Of a stretch of 64,000 bases of DNA, positions 11,066 through 25,450 are shown piece by piece; the stretch's first letter is position 1; each line of letters opens with the position of its first letter. The stretch is taken from contig NC_043000.1 of the NCBI RefSeq assembly GCF_006345805.1, positions 65,720,001 to 65,784,000 on the forward strand, given 5' to 3'. Below the pieces are notes generated by a model, which searched no databases, was not told where the DNA came from, and saw only the letters and a program-made list of their open reading frames with translations. Position numbers and translations under genes: made by a program. Source of the stretch: Octopus sinensis (taxonomy: Eukaryota).

Positions 11066-12365
11066 AATCGAATATATACATATATTTATAAATGCACGCA
11101 CACTCACGTATATATCGATACATAAATGTGTGTCATGGAAAGACAGGCATATATGACTGTATATATATATATAGATGTGTGTGTGTACACGTATGCATGC
11201 GTATATGTTGTATAAACGCATACACACATATACAAGCACTCACATGTACGCGCATGCACGCACATAGATGCTCGCGCGCACACACGTGCACACACACGCA
11301 CTGGTTCTGAATCATTACTAACTTCGCTTTACAGATTATCTATTGAATTTCAGTCATCGGTGACATGAAACCTAGCGTTAGGGTTCAAAAGTCTACAGCT
11401 TCTAATAAACTATAACATACTTTACGCTATGTATTGAATATTTTGCTCGCTATTCAAGAAACCGAAAGTGTGGGGAGATGTATTTAACAGTTCAGACACT
11501 GGAAAAGATAAAAAAAGCAGAAAAAAAAAGAGGAACTGAGAAGCGCAACTGGAGGAAGTAGTGAATAACGTATCCAAAGAGAGAGAGGATATTAGAGTAA
11601 CAAATGAAGCTAGCGGAGGGGACGAGAGAATAATGAAACAAAGCAGTAAGAGGCTGTGACACATAGAAAGAAAAGACAGCTAACAGTTACTACCGAGAAG
11701 TAGATACGACTCATTGTGACTTTCTTTTGAGTCACACATACCATGTGACTAAACGAAAATAAGCAGACGGCACATCACATGACTACAGACAAAACAGAAG
11801 TATTACAAAGAATGCCATTTTATTTACAAGTAATTTTATTTTTTTATAGTTATTGGTTGTTGTAATTTTATTATATTATTGTACATTAAACGTATTTGAG
11901 AGAGAAAATATTACTGGGAAAGAAAAAAAGGAACCATTGTTAATAGATGAGTGAAAGTTGCTTCATAAATCTTATACCTATACATATAGAAATATCATGA
12001 GCGTATATTCTTGGTGTGTTAGATGAGTGCAGCTCACCCACCCATTAATACTAAGGCCCACGCCATGATATTATTAAGGATCATAATAGGAAATAACTTT
12101 TTATGATTCATAATGAAGTATTATGGCAGTGGGTATTTGATGGATGGTGGGATGGTAAATGAGGAAAAAATCACACGTCGGCAAAGAAAAATCACATGTG
12201 GTCAAGCAAAAAGTCACAGGGAAAAATTGTGGGATTTCATTTCAATATCACAAATAATAAATCAAACAAATAATATTTAGAGTCACTTATTACCTGATAA
12301 ATACATGACTTTTATTCAATGGTATAACACATACTTGAAAAACAGATACGTTTTATGCAATATAA

Positions 12366-12581
12366 GCGCAGGTATGGCTGTGTGGTAGAAGTTTGCTTCC
12401 CAACACCCTGGCTTCGGGTTCAGTCCCACTACATGGAACCTTGGGCAAATATTTTCTACTTATATTCCCGGGCTGACCAAAACTTTGTGAGTGGATTTGG
12501 TAGACGGAAAGTGAATGAAACAGGTTGTACACCCTAACACACACACACACATACACACACACACACATACATATATATATG

Positions 12582-12637
<56 letters not shown>

Positions 12638-12850
12638 ATGCATATGTATATATGTGTGTTTGTCTCTGTTTGTGCGTGTCCCCTCACCTCGTAACTTAGC
12701 ATTTCGGCAGAGAACGCTAGAATAAATATCAGACTAAAAGACAAATTTTTTAAAAAATCTAATGATAAATACATGGGTTGGTTTGTTCGATTGTAATTCT
12801 TCAGCCTCTGTATAGCTGCAATCCAATGATTGAAACTGGTGAAAGATAAA
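12366..12850 (+). mobile_element. SINE family A (diverged)
   Basis: AGCGCAGGTATGGCTGTGTGGTAGAAG head, internal CA/TA tract, tail ...GATTGAAACTGGTGAAAG. Confidence 0.75.
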
Positions 12851-13344
12851 AGATAACTTTTTAAAAATAATGAAACAAAAATACTGCTAAATCCGTCTTT
12901 TATTGAAGCTTCCTGTGACATTTAGTCATAGGTTTGGAAAGATAATGAGGGATTAACAAAATCAGGACTCAAGGGTTCGCGACATTCCGCCAATGCATAA
13001 CTTGAGTTCATTTTTGAGGTTGAAACTTCGTAAAACTTAGTGGAGAACTCTCTAACTGGAGCTTGTTTTTCTTATGATGCTACTCCAGTAGTATTGTGAT
13101 ATACAATATTGTAGTTTGTTCTCGTTTTAACTAATACATTCTTAGATGCAAGGATTAAATCAGATCTAAATCGTATTACGTAAATATTACGTAGATTTTG
13201 CGTTATTTAAATATGTGAAAAGCCTAAACCCTGTACGTTTATTTGTTTATTTTAAATAATACTCGTGCCAGATTTGTAGGTTAAGCACAGCAGCATATCG
13301 TATCCCTTATGACAATAACCGCTGTACGCCTCTAGTGTGTGTAT

Positions 13345-13375
<31 letters not shown>

Positions 13376-13643
13376 CGCGTTGTGTGTGTGTATTCAATAT
13401 TCAGATATTATTGTGACGAAGTGTCACGATAGTAATACATAGACTAGATTCACTAGCAGTTATATCAGTTGTTACAATATCAGTTGTTACAATAAATGTA
13501 AAAATGAAGTATAAATAAATGATTATTTTTTTCCATGAATGCGATATAATCGTTTAGTTGACCTTTCGAGATAAAAAAATATCCAATAGCGAGTGATTGA
13601 TACGATTGATGACTTCAAGGAAATTGAGAGAGAAAGAGAGGTG

Positions 13644-13680
<37 letters not shown>

Positions 13681-14133
13681 CGAGTTAATACCGAAGGTCA
13701 TTAACCGAGTTACTTAAACAACTTACTTCCGGTCGTTGAACTCTGACCATTGAGAATCTACCACCAATGTTCACGAATAAAATATTACTCATACGTTTTT
13801 GATCGTCAGTCTGAGGGAGAGGCGAAAAGTAAAGAGGGAAAATAAATCATGATAATGAAGAGAAAGAGAAGTGTTTGTGTGAAGAAGGCTAGCACTACAC
13901 ATTAAGCAAACTAGGTGATCGGACTAGGACGCTAAATCCAAGAGAAGTCATACAAATTTTGAATAATTTGGATAAGATTTCTTCAACCAATGAAAACTCA
14001 GTAATAAAAGGAGCAGGTGAAGCCACTCCTGGAACAATGATTTAGCAGAAAATTGACCCAATAACTCACTTATTGATACAATATCTTAAGATGATGAACT
14101 ATTGATACAATACTGAACTAATATAATATATGT

Positions 14134-14455
14134 GAAGGCGCGTGGCTTAGTGGTCAGGGCATTCGGCTCACGATGGTAATGGGCGTGTGTTCAATTCCCG
14201 GCAACGAGTTGTGTGCTTGAACAAAACACTTTATTTCACGTTGCTCCAGTCCAGTCAGCTGGCAAAAATGAGTAGTACCTGTATTTCAAAGGGCCAGTCT
14301 TGTCTCACTCTGTGTCACACTGAATCTCCCTGAGAACTACGTTAAGGGTACACGTGTCTGTGGAGTGCTCAGACACTTGTACGTTAATTTCACGAGCAAG
14401 CTGTTCCACTGATCGTATCAGCTGGGACGCTCGTCGTCGTAACCGACGGAGAGCT
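14134..14455 (+). mobile_element. tRNA-derived SINE (family C)
   Basis: GAAGGCGCGTGGCTTAGTGGTCAGGG (A box)...GTTCAATTCCCGGC (B box)...TTTCACGTTGCTCCAGTCCA...GTCGTAACCGACGGA. A related copy lies at ~19540-19760. Confidence 0.75.
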
Positions 14456-17189
14456 CCTTCTTCTAATATAATATATAGCGTAAGCTATCGCTCGTGATAG
14501 TATAAGCAAGCAGTCGAAACTGGGATAAGAGATGTCCTACGATGTTGCTTACTCTGGTGTCGTTCTTGTTTGTAAACACTTTTATCTCGCTATCCAGGGC
14601 TGGCTGAAGGTACCAGAAATTTTGGCAGTTACCAGGTCATCATGTGCTAGCGGACATTACATCATGTGTTTTAGAATCTTCCAAATACAAAGATAAAATG
14701 TGAAAATAGGATATAAAATTAAGTAGAATATGAACATATATAGCCTAGTTAAGCTATACATAAAGATAATCCGGAACAAGAGTCTGTCGATGTATTGTTT
14801 ATTTCGTTTCAGTTGGCTACACGCTGTGAAGACGAGTACGATCGGACATTCAAATCCCCAGACACCTCTCTCCTTTAACCGGAAGTCCCTTCTCTGCGGA
14901 CTAGCTAATGAGCTAGTCCGAAGTTAAGTTCCTGTCTACAGTTCGTACGTTATCAGTCCATGGGCAGTGCCCTACCAACATCTCTCGAGTGGAGATTAGC
15001 TTCTTTTAAAATGTTACATAGGTGAGCAAATGATACCATGGAAAAGAGAGATATACAAAGTGTTTACGAAAATACCTTTTGATTTTAAGCCGAGAAAAAA
15101 GTATTTTTGGCATCTGTTTCTGTGTTCATATTCTTTAATTTATTCGGAGAAAACCTGTTAGTCTACAAGTAATTAACAGTACCTTTCAGACATTCTTTCA
15201 CCAATACATCTTCCAATCAGAGTTTGTAGGTACCGTCTCTCTCACTTTTAGTTATATATAAATGACAAGATAATAAACCTTTGATGTTGATTTTAAAAAT
15301 TTCTATTATGATTGTATATTGTAATAAATACTTAATCCCAACATATACAGTTTTTCTTCCTTGTGTAAATCTCCTATGTTGCCGCCAAACTTTAACTTGC
15401 TCAGAGCGTCAGCTACCATAGGGTCGGCCCCGCTTTCACTCAAACTTAATCGACAGACTGGTCTCTCTTCTCCTTATCATATATAATGTCTCATCTGTCA
15501 GATCTAAAACTATGCACTGTCCTCTCAAATAATTTTTCCCTGAATTTTTAATCAGTGGAATTTCTTTCCCAGACCATGATCACCCAACAATCACCGACCG
15601 GCAAATGTTCACACTAAGCACAACCAACATCGATCTCATCACTCAAGGAAGGTCTGAAAATATCATAAGCATTGCACATCTTCTTTTGACTAACAAATGA
15701 ATAAAAACGAAAATGAAGAAATTAGATATACTTATAGATGATCCGAATTAAATAATACTGTATTTGAACTGTTGCAATTAATACTTGGGGAAGAAATACC
15801 GTCAGCATAAATGAGAGAGATTGAAGAAAAATGTCATGCTGGGAAATAAGGTTTCGGAAAGAGTTTAGTGCTGGATCTAATAAAACTACGGAGTTATGAA
15901 AGAGAATAATTTGAACGAACAGAGGCAAAGCTAGTGTTAACCATCTATGTTATCACTATTGCGCTGTTATGTAAATGATAAAAATAGCAACAATTTAGTG
16001 TACTATATATAATCTCGACGAGCTGCGTCTGCAAGCTGAGATCGTTAACTTTTCCTTTATCAGTTGAATCTATTTATTCACTTTAATTATTCTGCTAATA
16101 TTCTGAAGAAAAGCATTAATGTTACGTAATCTCATCACCACCTGCTCTACATTCTTATTTTTTATAGTTATTCTTTATTAAAATAATTAGTAAATGAATA
16201 ATTATTCATTCTGTGAACGAATACAACGAAATAATCATTTATTAGACTTTTAGTGATAAAAAATATCCAACAACGAGTGATTGATCTGATCGATGATTTT
16301 AAGAAGGCAGGTAAATATTCAAGGTTGTTAACTAACAAATCTACTTTCGCTCATTAAACCGTGTTTGAAATTTTGACAGGTATGTAGCTTTTCAAAACTG
16401 ACTGTTGGAATAAACCAGATAGCCAGTGAGACTTCGAATACACTATCTTGTACTCTAACTTCGTATATAAAAAGCATTCATTTCGGACTATATTTTTTAT
16501 ATAAACAGCCAATGTACATACTCTACGTAAGTAAAAAAACTTACACAGAATACGCAAATGTTTACACTCTTACCGCCATAAAATCATAGTTCCTACATTT
16601 AACAGGGGGAAAAATGGATGCATATGTTGGTGTAATCGGTCATCACATTTATCGCAAAAATGTTAGGTGTAGGTTCGATTCCCCCATACATAATTATCAT
16701 TTTTTTCCCTGTCGTATAGTCAAAGTACGGCGAAAACTCAGTTATATTAACAAAATTATCATCATGAGTTTAATGGCAGGCTAAATCGCAACAGAATTTC
16801 GATTCTTTGTTGAATCTGCTTTAATGATTCCACGCTAATGTTAATATTGTTGAAAGTATCTCAATATCCGATTTAACTTACCTTCAAAATATTAGAGTTT
16901 GCATCTAATGGTAAATGTTGACGAACAGTCAAGTTACACTCGTTGCTCCGAGTATTCTTTGCTGATTTTGGACTATCGATATACTAGACAGAGAATGATT
17001 GAGTAGATATATCATTCCCATCAATTCCCTTCATTCGTCTTAATTTCGAGTGTTCATAGAAGCAAGAAATGAGCAATTATTACATTTCTGTGAAACATAA
17101 CGAATTGAAAATATCACATGACTCGACACATTTTCATATAATAACAACGGGATGACATGTCATTTGCTCATCAATGAGTTGATGAATAT

Positions 17190-17410
17190 ACGAAGTGATA
17201 CCGGAAAGTTCCAGGCTTTAAGGGTATCGTGAAATGCCTTGTTGGAAGCCCAACCTTCCGACTTCTTTTACAGAGCTTTGAAAAACTCAAAGACCGCTGC
17301 AATAAGTGTATGATTCTGAGAGGAGAATATGTTGAATAAAACCATAATTACCTGATCCTCCTGAATTTTCTTTTACCCAAAGCCAGGAACTTTTCGGCAT
17401 CCCATCCTTC
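17190..17410 (+). mobile_element. Mariner-derived MITE
   Basis: Degenerate TIRs TACGA...AAAGTTCCAGGCTTT / AAAGCCAGGAACTTTT...TCGTA. The interior retains a mariner C-terminus (KLKDRCNKCMILRGEYVE*). Confidence 0.65.
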
Positions 17411-19829
17411 TCGTATACGCGTGAGTGTAAGCACAACATTGACATCAACAACTGTTAGATAACAATCTACACAAATCAGAGGTCATATTACTATCATGAG
17501 ACCATTGCAGGTCATACTACATTTTCAATTAAAAGAAATGAATGCTTCAATTTTTTTCCTATTTTATTTATTTATTGAGTTAGTTATCCATTTATTTATT
17601 TATTTGTTTATATGGTTATAAATCGTGACAAGGCAGAAATTTTTTAATTGCTGTGATTCACAGAACATCGTTTTCTCTATCATTCTTGATGAAATTTTTA
17701 TTACATGTTATAACATATCTTTTAATATATCCTTCACCGTACCAAATAATTAGTCTCAGCAGGTCGGATCCTGCTGCGGGCTGTATGTTGTACAAGCGGT
17801 TATTTCTACTTAATGGCGTAGATGCACATATTTAAAATTATCTATTTTCAGAGCGCAGTGCCATATCCTGTTATTGTACTGCTGTATTGTTCGAAGTTGG
17901 TTATATAACAAACTCAATGCTTACACTGTTTATGTAATGCATCAATATGCTTCAGTTAAAACTACATACATAGTGAGGAGGGTGATCAACTAGGTTCAAA
18001 TAAAGGCACAGGAGAAATTCTTAAAATTTTAATTAATTAAATTTAATTACAAATAGAATGTGGACATACAGGTGGGAGAGAAGCTGATCAGGAACCCAGT
18101 TCCAGCCAAGAAATTGCTACCACTACTGCACGTTGTTTGCACGACTTCCATATCGGCAACACATCTCTTTTAGATGTTTGTTAAAATGAAATAAGAAAAA
18201 ATATTCTAGGATCCAGATCGGTCAAACAAAAGATAATTGTTTCATGTGATTTGTTTTGCCATAGTTAGAGATCTGAAAGTTCAACGTTAAATAAAATTAA
18301 ATTTAATAAAACCTAACAAGAAAGAAAGTGATCAATAGATGAATACACAACATCGTTAGCTAATGAAGGTCGAACGATATTCTTTATTGATAAGTCAACA
18401 ATCTTCCGTGAAATGTCAATGCAACCTTGTAGAAAATAAAGAACTGTGTACGCTCTCCGTCTTTGTCTCTGCGTGTCTGTCTCTTACTCTCTTTCTCTCT
18501 CTTCCCCCGCCTCTCTCACAGACACACACTTTTATTAAAATCAAATGAAATCATTAATTTAACTTACTGATAAATAGATGCACAAAAATGCACATGCATG
18601 AATTTACACATTCTTCAATTATGTACATATGTATGGAAAGACCGTTGCAGGCATGCATACATGTATGTAGTATGTACGTGGCTTTCTATGTATATATATG
18701 TGTGTGTTTGTATATATGTATGTATGTGTATGTATGTATGCGTACTTATATGTTGTTTGTATGTATATGTGTGTGCATGTATGTATAAACACATTTACAT
18801 ATTTAATGAGGTACATATATTTTTGATAATTTATCGTCTTCAAGTCTTACTATAGAGAACAAAGTGACACAAAACGCCTTTGAAGAGGCAACTCAACCTG
18901 TTAGAAATAGCAACTAAATGTCCCTAAAATTCATCATACCATCTTAAACGTTTGAGTGTGCATGTATATGTGAGTGTGTATGCGTGTATGTATATATACG
19001 CGTGCATGTGTATATTATATATAATTTTATACACACACACACAGACACACACACACACACACACATTGGTGAGGGAAAACCGTCAAACGCGAACAAGTAT
19101 GGTTTTGTTTAAATTTTGATTTATTTTGTTTTGTTATATAATTTGTAAACTGAAACATTAATTAAACAGAGTAGTAATGTGTAAATGCGTCTGACGAATA
19201 CTGTGAAAACGTTCAGTCTCTGTGATTGATATCAGGCAAACTCTGGCGAGCTGGCAGAGTCGTTTTGCATGACGGGTAAAATGCTTAGCAGCATTTTGTC
19301 TGTATCTACGTTCTGAGTTCAAATCCCACTGAAGCTAGCTTTGCCTTTCATTCTTTCGTGGTCGATAAAATAAGTAGCATTTGACTTGGCCCCTCTCCCA
19401 AAACAGCTGGCCTTGTGCCCAAAATCTGAAATCAATACCAAGCAAACTCTTCAACTGTATACGTACGTATGGCTATGCAGTTTCAGGCATGTGTGTTTGT
19501 ATGTGTGCATGCATGTATATATGGATGGATGGATGTGCTTGGTTTAGTAGTTAGGGTGTTTCTCTCATGATCCTAAGGTTGTGCTTTCGATTCCTGTGTT
19601 CTTGAGCAAAAACACTTCATTTCACGTTGCGCCTGTCCACTCAGCTGGCGAAAATGAGTAATCCTGCGACGGGCCAACGTCTCGTCCAGTACAGGATATT
19701 TACGCCACAGAATCCTGGAAACCAGTCTTAAGAGCCCACGGTCTAAGAATGACCTTTGACCCTTTTTTTATGTATGTTTGTCTCATTTAAATTATTCATC
19801 TGAAGCAGGAGCTGGTTTCTAACAAAGAT

Positions 19830-21900
19830 AAAGAGCTCCATCTTTTAAACCTGAGAAAAGTCTTACATAGTTCTACTGTTCTGCTTACAGATTGCATTTG
19901 TATTGTGAGAGTCGGTTGGTTTCTTTTTCTGAAAATCCAAGCTTATCCGGATTGTCAGTGAGACATTTACTTACGAAACCAAATTATAATTGATATTAAA
20001 CCAATTATAATTGGTATAAATACATATTTGCAATCCGGATATAGAAGCTGGAGGTTTCGAAGCAGTTGGCCAAAATTATTTTCTTTCTCTTTGATTTTCA
20101 AAGAGATATTCACATCAGTAGGACAACTAACCTCTATGATGATACATACTTTTTCCTGTCTGTCTCAAGCAACAATATCCGACATATGTTTTGATGGGAA
20201 TGTTCCGCCAGTATTCCTTGTGCTGCTATTTGTGTACGCATTCAGTAACAGGGGGAATTTTCTATATTTATTCCAGGACAGTCTTTTCTTTCCGAAAGGC
20301 ATTGCATATTGTTTTTCACAATAATCCTAGAGTAATTTGTTGCAGCAGCTTGTGTACAGTTTATACATAATATTTAGGCAAGCAATAGGCGTGTAGTTTT
20401 CAGGCAACTCGGTGGTTTCATTCTTGGCAGCAAGATTCGTCCGTGTTATAGCAAACGAATTTAGTCAGTCTTAAACTTCCATAGTACTTTTGAATATACT
20501 TATTTGTGGATTGTTATAAAATATCAGCCTCTTTTACCAGTATCCAACTATTAGGTCTCTTCCGGGTGCCTTCCCATAATACAGTTTGTATACAGCTATG
20601 ATGAAAATTTCCGGGTCATTTGCATATATTTTACTCTTGATGTTGATACGGTATTCTCTTTTTACTGCATTTAGCCACGATGCACTGAAGTTGAGATTCC
20701 ACTTTTCGCTCCAGATTTTCAACTAGAATGATTCAAGATCTTCTTGAGGTGAGGGGCTTTCTTAACGGTAATATTTTCCTTCTTCATCTCTCTATTTACT
20801 GACTGTGGGTTAGAAGCAAACTTGTGATTTATACAGACTCATTTAAAAATTCGTTTGCGGTAGCGAAGATTTTCACTCAGAGCCCTGAGTTCGTATTTCA
20901 GAGGAATTAACCTCCCCTCAAGAGCTTGTTGTAAAGTGTCACCATACAGTTTTGTTAAGTTGTTTATAAGATGTGGCTGATGACGTGTAAACTCATTGTT
21001 CCTCTTACATTTTAATAGCGTTGTTCACCATCACCATCTAACATGGCGGCATAAATTGTTGATGTTTTCTTCAAGTTTTGTTTTCCATCTACTTTGTTTC
21101 GGTTTAGTACTTTCATTACCATGCATACTGCAGATTTCTCGTAAGAGTTATAGCATTGTGTGTATATGAGGATATAAATACTCCAGTAATTAACATCACA
21201 TGACTCCATGTGTTCATCAGCGACATCGTCGATAACTTTCAACATTAGAGCTCCTAGATTTTTCTTGTTAAGAGTGGCCCGTTGTTTAATGATAGTTTTG
21301 AAAAAATAGAAATTTTTTCTACGAACTGTGGTTTCAGGATATTTCTAATTTGAATATGTTCCATTGTTGTCTCTCTTGACTCAGCTACATTTGGAGAGAC
21401 ACGAGAATTTATTGATGGCTGTAGCGGTTTGTTTACGTTGTTTTCGACCTCACTTTTGGCAGGTTTTGGCCAGTTCTCAGCGTTTTGAGAAAATCGATTT
21501 GCATCATGAGAGCAAGTAATTTTTCGTTAAAAAATATGCTTGTTGTCGAAGTTGTTTCGCAGTAAAGTTGCTTAAGTTGGGGTAAGATTCATCCCAGTAT
21601 TTTTTAAACTCCTTCATATATTCGATAGAAGGGTTTTCACGGGCTTTTTCATAGCATCGAAGTAGTTCTTGGTTTAGATGTAGAGTCCAAGTAAAATGAG
21701 AGGAGTACTTACGCCTTCTCAGATAACTTACTGTTGATGTAGTGCTGTTTTCGTCGGTGGTGGTGTTGTTAGTTTCAGCCATAATCGTGTTTCACGTGGT
21801 ATAAAGTATATTTTTAAAATCCGGTCTGAATAGCGCTGCATTGGTTGGTAAAATGTGTTTCTCTTATTTATAATGAGAGAAATAAACCAGTTACTCATTT
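19830..21900 (-). mobile_element. R4/Dong-clade non-LTR retrotransposon remnant with large internal deletion
   Basis: N-terminal motif WTLHLNQELLRCYEKA...W....P.....KQLRQQA; RT-proximal W.EKWN.N..ASW, KAPGRDLIVGYW, NYTPIACLNIMYKLYTS; then a direct jump to the restriction-like endonuclease DIVA*DRQEKVCIIIEVSCPTDVNI..K..EK...IPIIIG. Confidence 0.8.
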
Positions 21901-22289
21901 AGGCTGGCGGAGTCGGCATAAATGTAGAAGGGAGCATTAAAAAAATGTTTTTAAACGGCCCTCTACGCCTGCCTGTCTGATGTCGAGGGCGCCATCCTGT
22001 GTGTATACATTCGCGCGCACACACACGCGCGCACACACACGCGCGCACACACACGCGCGCACACAAACATACAAACATACATACAAACATACATACATAC
22101 ATACATACATACATACATACATACATACATACATACATACATACATACATACATACATACGTTTTTAATAGATTGTTTAAAGTGCCATACATAGCGGGAT
22201 ATTTAGTTTTTATTGTCCATGTCATTTTTGCTTTGACATATGTCATCGGAAAGCTGATTCAGTTTTTTTTTTCTTTTTCTTACTTCTTA

Positions 22290-22960
22290 TTCGTGCTGCT
22301 TGAGAACGCTTACTGAAGAACAACTGTTTAGGAACCCTATTGTCTTCCATACGTTCAACATGGCTTAGCCATCATTGACATTAAACTTGGTAGTTGCACA
22401 AGCTGCAACACTGCGATGTTGGTGATCTTATGAAGCTATCGTAACCAGAAACAATAACGCACAAGTCTTGAGTTTGTAGTCTGTGACTCAGAACCATGCA
22501 GCAATGTGCTGAGGACATATGCTTCATAGCTTCTGATCTTAGATTTTGTGTTTAATATTTTGTTGTTCTTTCTTGTAAATTTTCTAAACATTGTAGATGT
22601 TTTCGTGTCCTAATGTTGATTTCTTCATCCAAATATACCAATGATGTCGCATTAGATCTCAAATAGGAAAAGTTATAATAGGCGATATAAACAAGGTAAT
22701 TACTTTTTGAGATATGATAATTTCATTATACCTGCATCTTGTGAAAATGTTTTGCATGCTAAGGAAAGCTTAATAGCCATTGTTTTGCAAAGTTGACTTA
22801 CTGTCAGCAACTAGTACTACATCTTTATAAAAGAGTAGATCTTGAATGATGAACTGCGATTTATTTTCTGCTTTTTGTTGAGTTTTTCTCTCATTTCGGC
22901 TAACTTGAATAGGAACTCATCTGATAGAGAACACCATCAAATATTTCTCTGAATGCACAC
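22290..22960 (-). pseudogene. RTE-clade LINE RT/C-terminal fragment
   Basis: Frameshifted motifs DLLF..D...AD, DEEI..R, TK(I)RSYEAYVLSTLLHGSES, HVERMEDNRVPKQL. Confidence 0.7.
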
Positions 22961-23372
22961 TACAGTAAGACGACGAAATACATTCCAAACAGAACTCTTT
23001 TTTATATATATAACAACTGAGCTTGGCGCTGTAAGTGTACCGTTTAAATAATTGCAGGTCAATACCAGCAGGAAAGTGGTAAAAAATAATTATTATTATA
23101 ATTGCAGTATTTAATCCGCCTTACCGGAGACTCCAGATCTAATAAACAGAAATTGAATTATTCAAGTTGTTTATCTGCTCATCAATTTTCCATAACTATT
23201 TTCCTCTTGTTTCTTACGCTGTTTCTGGGCATGATTACCAATTCCTCTGAAGTTTTGCTACCATTATTTTAGTTTTAGCAATAATAAAAATCTGACTCGT
23301 ATCAGTCAGCGTTATAATGTGATCATGTGAAATTTACAGTTGTGTGTGTGTGTGTGGTGTGTGTGTGTGTGT

Positions 23373-23434
<62 letters not shown>

Positions 23435-23623
23435 TGTGTGTATAAAGCAGAGAACCGTTGTCCTATTATCCTATGCCGGACTTTCTGAGTGCGCAGTGTT
23501 AGGCAATCACCTACTTTCTTGTGCGAAACTGATTGCTAAGATTGGCTGAAATGGATTAAGATTAATACTTGCACTCTATTGACACATGCGAGTGCCTGTA
23601 TTTTTCTGAGATGTATTCTTAAA

Positions 23624-23660
<37 letters not shown>

Positions 23661-23723
23661 TTGTATGTATGTATGAGTTATGCTTATACACACACTGTTA
23701 GGAAATTATAAATAATGATTATT

Positions 23724-25450
23724 ACAGCTACAAGGGCCTAACACAGAGGGGACAATACAAAGACAGACAGGACAGCACAGTGGGGACAAAAACATAAAAC
23801 GAATGAAAAATGAAAAATGGTAATACGTACAATGAAATTGATGAAGATGAAATGGCTGCATGCGCCCCATTCACACATAGTACCATTTAAACGTTCTTAC
23901 TGTCCGTTTTATAATCCATGTTTTTAGTCTCTTTGCACCTTTTGTTTTGATCTTTTTTTTCTTTTTTTTTTCATAAACACAAGTTACTCTCTCCTTTTTA
24001 AAATTCCTTTTATATACGGCCTTAATTCATTTACTTCGATGGTAGTTCGTCGAACTCTACCTAAAAAGTTGGTGGTTCGAATCTGCATTTTTCTTTCCAC
24101 CTGCTGTACCTTTCCTTGTCTTTTATAATCGCCTTCACATTCTCAGCGTAATTTTCTTTTGGCAACTTCACCCTTATGACAGATTTTATCTTGGTAATCA
24201 TCTTTTCCGTGCATACATTTTGTGCCGTATTTTACAAAATACCACTTGTACTTTCTCCGCTCTTCCTCACTGTGTTCTGCTCTTGGCGTCACTCAACCCA
24301 TTTCAGTTGCTGTCGCTTCCTCCTCTCGCTGCTGTTCCACTTCATGGGTTAAACAAGCCTCCAGTCTGCCTGCTTCCATCTTTTCCTCCTCCATTATTTC
24401 CTTCTCAACCTCCTTTTCCACCTCTCTCTCAATCTCCTTTTCAACCTCATTTACAACTGCTTCGCCTATCTCCTTTGTTTCTTTTTTCTTTTTCTGTCTC
24501 TCAGGCAGAGAGCCCTTTCTTTTTTTTTTTTTTTACCACTTCGAATCCCTCCACTGCCTCTTTCTCCTCCTCCTGTACCTCATCATTCACTTTCTCCTGC
24601 CCCTCCGACTGTTCTATTTCTTGTTCCTTTTCTTCTTTCTGAGGGAACTTTGCCTTCGTGTGACCTCTCTCGCCACATAGATAACATCTGGGAGGCCTGC
24701 CCTCCACCACTACTCTCAATCTCACATCATCTGGTAGAATTACTTCTTCTGGGATCTTGATCCTATCACTTTCAGTTGTCTAAAGTGACATCTTGATGCC
24801 GTATCTCCACCAGTCTACCTTTCTCGTTCTTGTCACACTTAGTATCCTGGCACCTTCTTCCATATTGTGTAATATCGCTGCAACCAGCCATGCCTCCTCC
24901 AATTCTGGTGGTATTTTACCCACCCTCACTCGGTTAACTCTTCTGTCGCAGTAAGTTGGTAGGAAAACTCACTCTTTCGATTTAATGGCGTCAGTGGAGA
25001 CAATATCGCATCGACGTCGATATCGAAACGCACTTCCACTGTGCCATATTTTCTTCCTCTTGTTATGAAAGTAGTCTTTCTTTTAATTACTTGTAAACTC
25101 TTCTCAATTTCTTCAATTGGTGCTACTTCAATTTTCTTCGACGTTACTTTCAGAGTTTTATAAATTATGGTTTTTCTCTTTACACCATATTTTAAATCGA
25201 GTGGAGGCGTCAATTTTCGATTGTGGCTTTCCCTTTCTAAAAGGTTGCCGCATTCCTTCAACCTTTCCGGCTCGATTTTCACCTCTCGTACTTCCAAATC
25301 CTGGGCTTCAACACCTTTTCTAGTTGCAGCCGCATAACTGTTGCTCTTGGCTGGTTCAGCTTGCATAGCACTTCTCGTTGGTTCTCCCATAAATGGGAAG
25401 AAAAAAAGCAGTTCAAAAAATACTAGTGAGAGCAAACAACAATTTCAAAA
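23724..25450 (-). mobile_element. Tx1/L1-type ORF1 (gag-like, zinc knuckle) element with no ORF2, ending in a SINE-B-like tail
   Basis: SYAAAT near the N-terminus, VVVEGRPPRCYLCGERGHTKAKF (CX2CX4HX4C with the last C altered), K/E-rich C-terminus, frameshifts. Tail at 23724-23790 resembles the SINE B 3' end. Confidence 0.7.

Noticed and set aside
14134-14205. tRNA-like sequences at SINE heads
   Set aside because: They have A and B boxes but no complete cloverleaf, and they continue into SINE bodies, so they are not tRNA genes.
21899-21998. Possible HDV-like ribozyme at the 5' end of the R4/Dong remnant
   Set aside because: Only one 6-bp stem (GCCCTC/GAGGGC); the nested P2/P3/P1.1 pattern could not be built.
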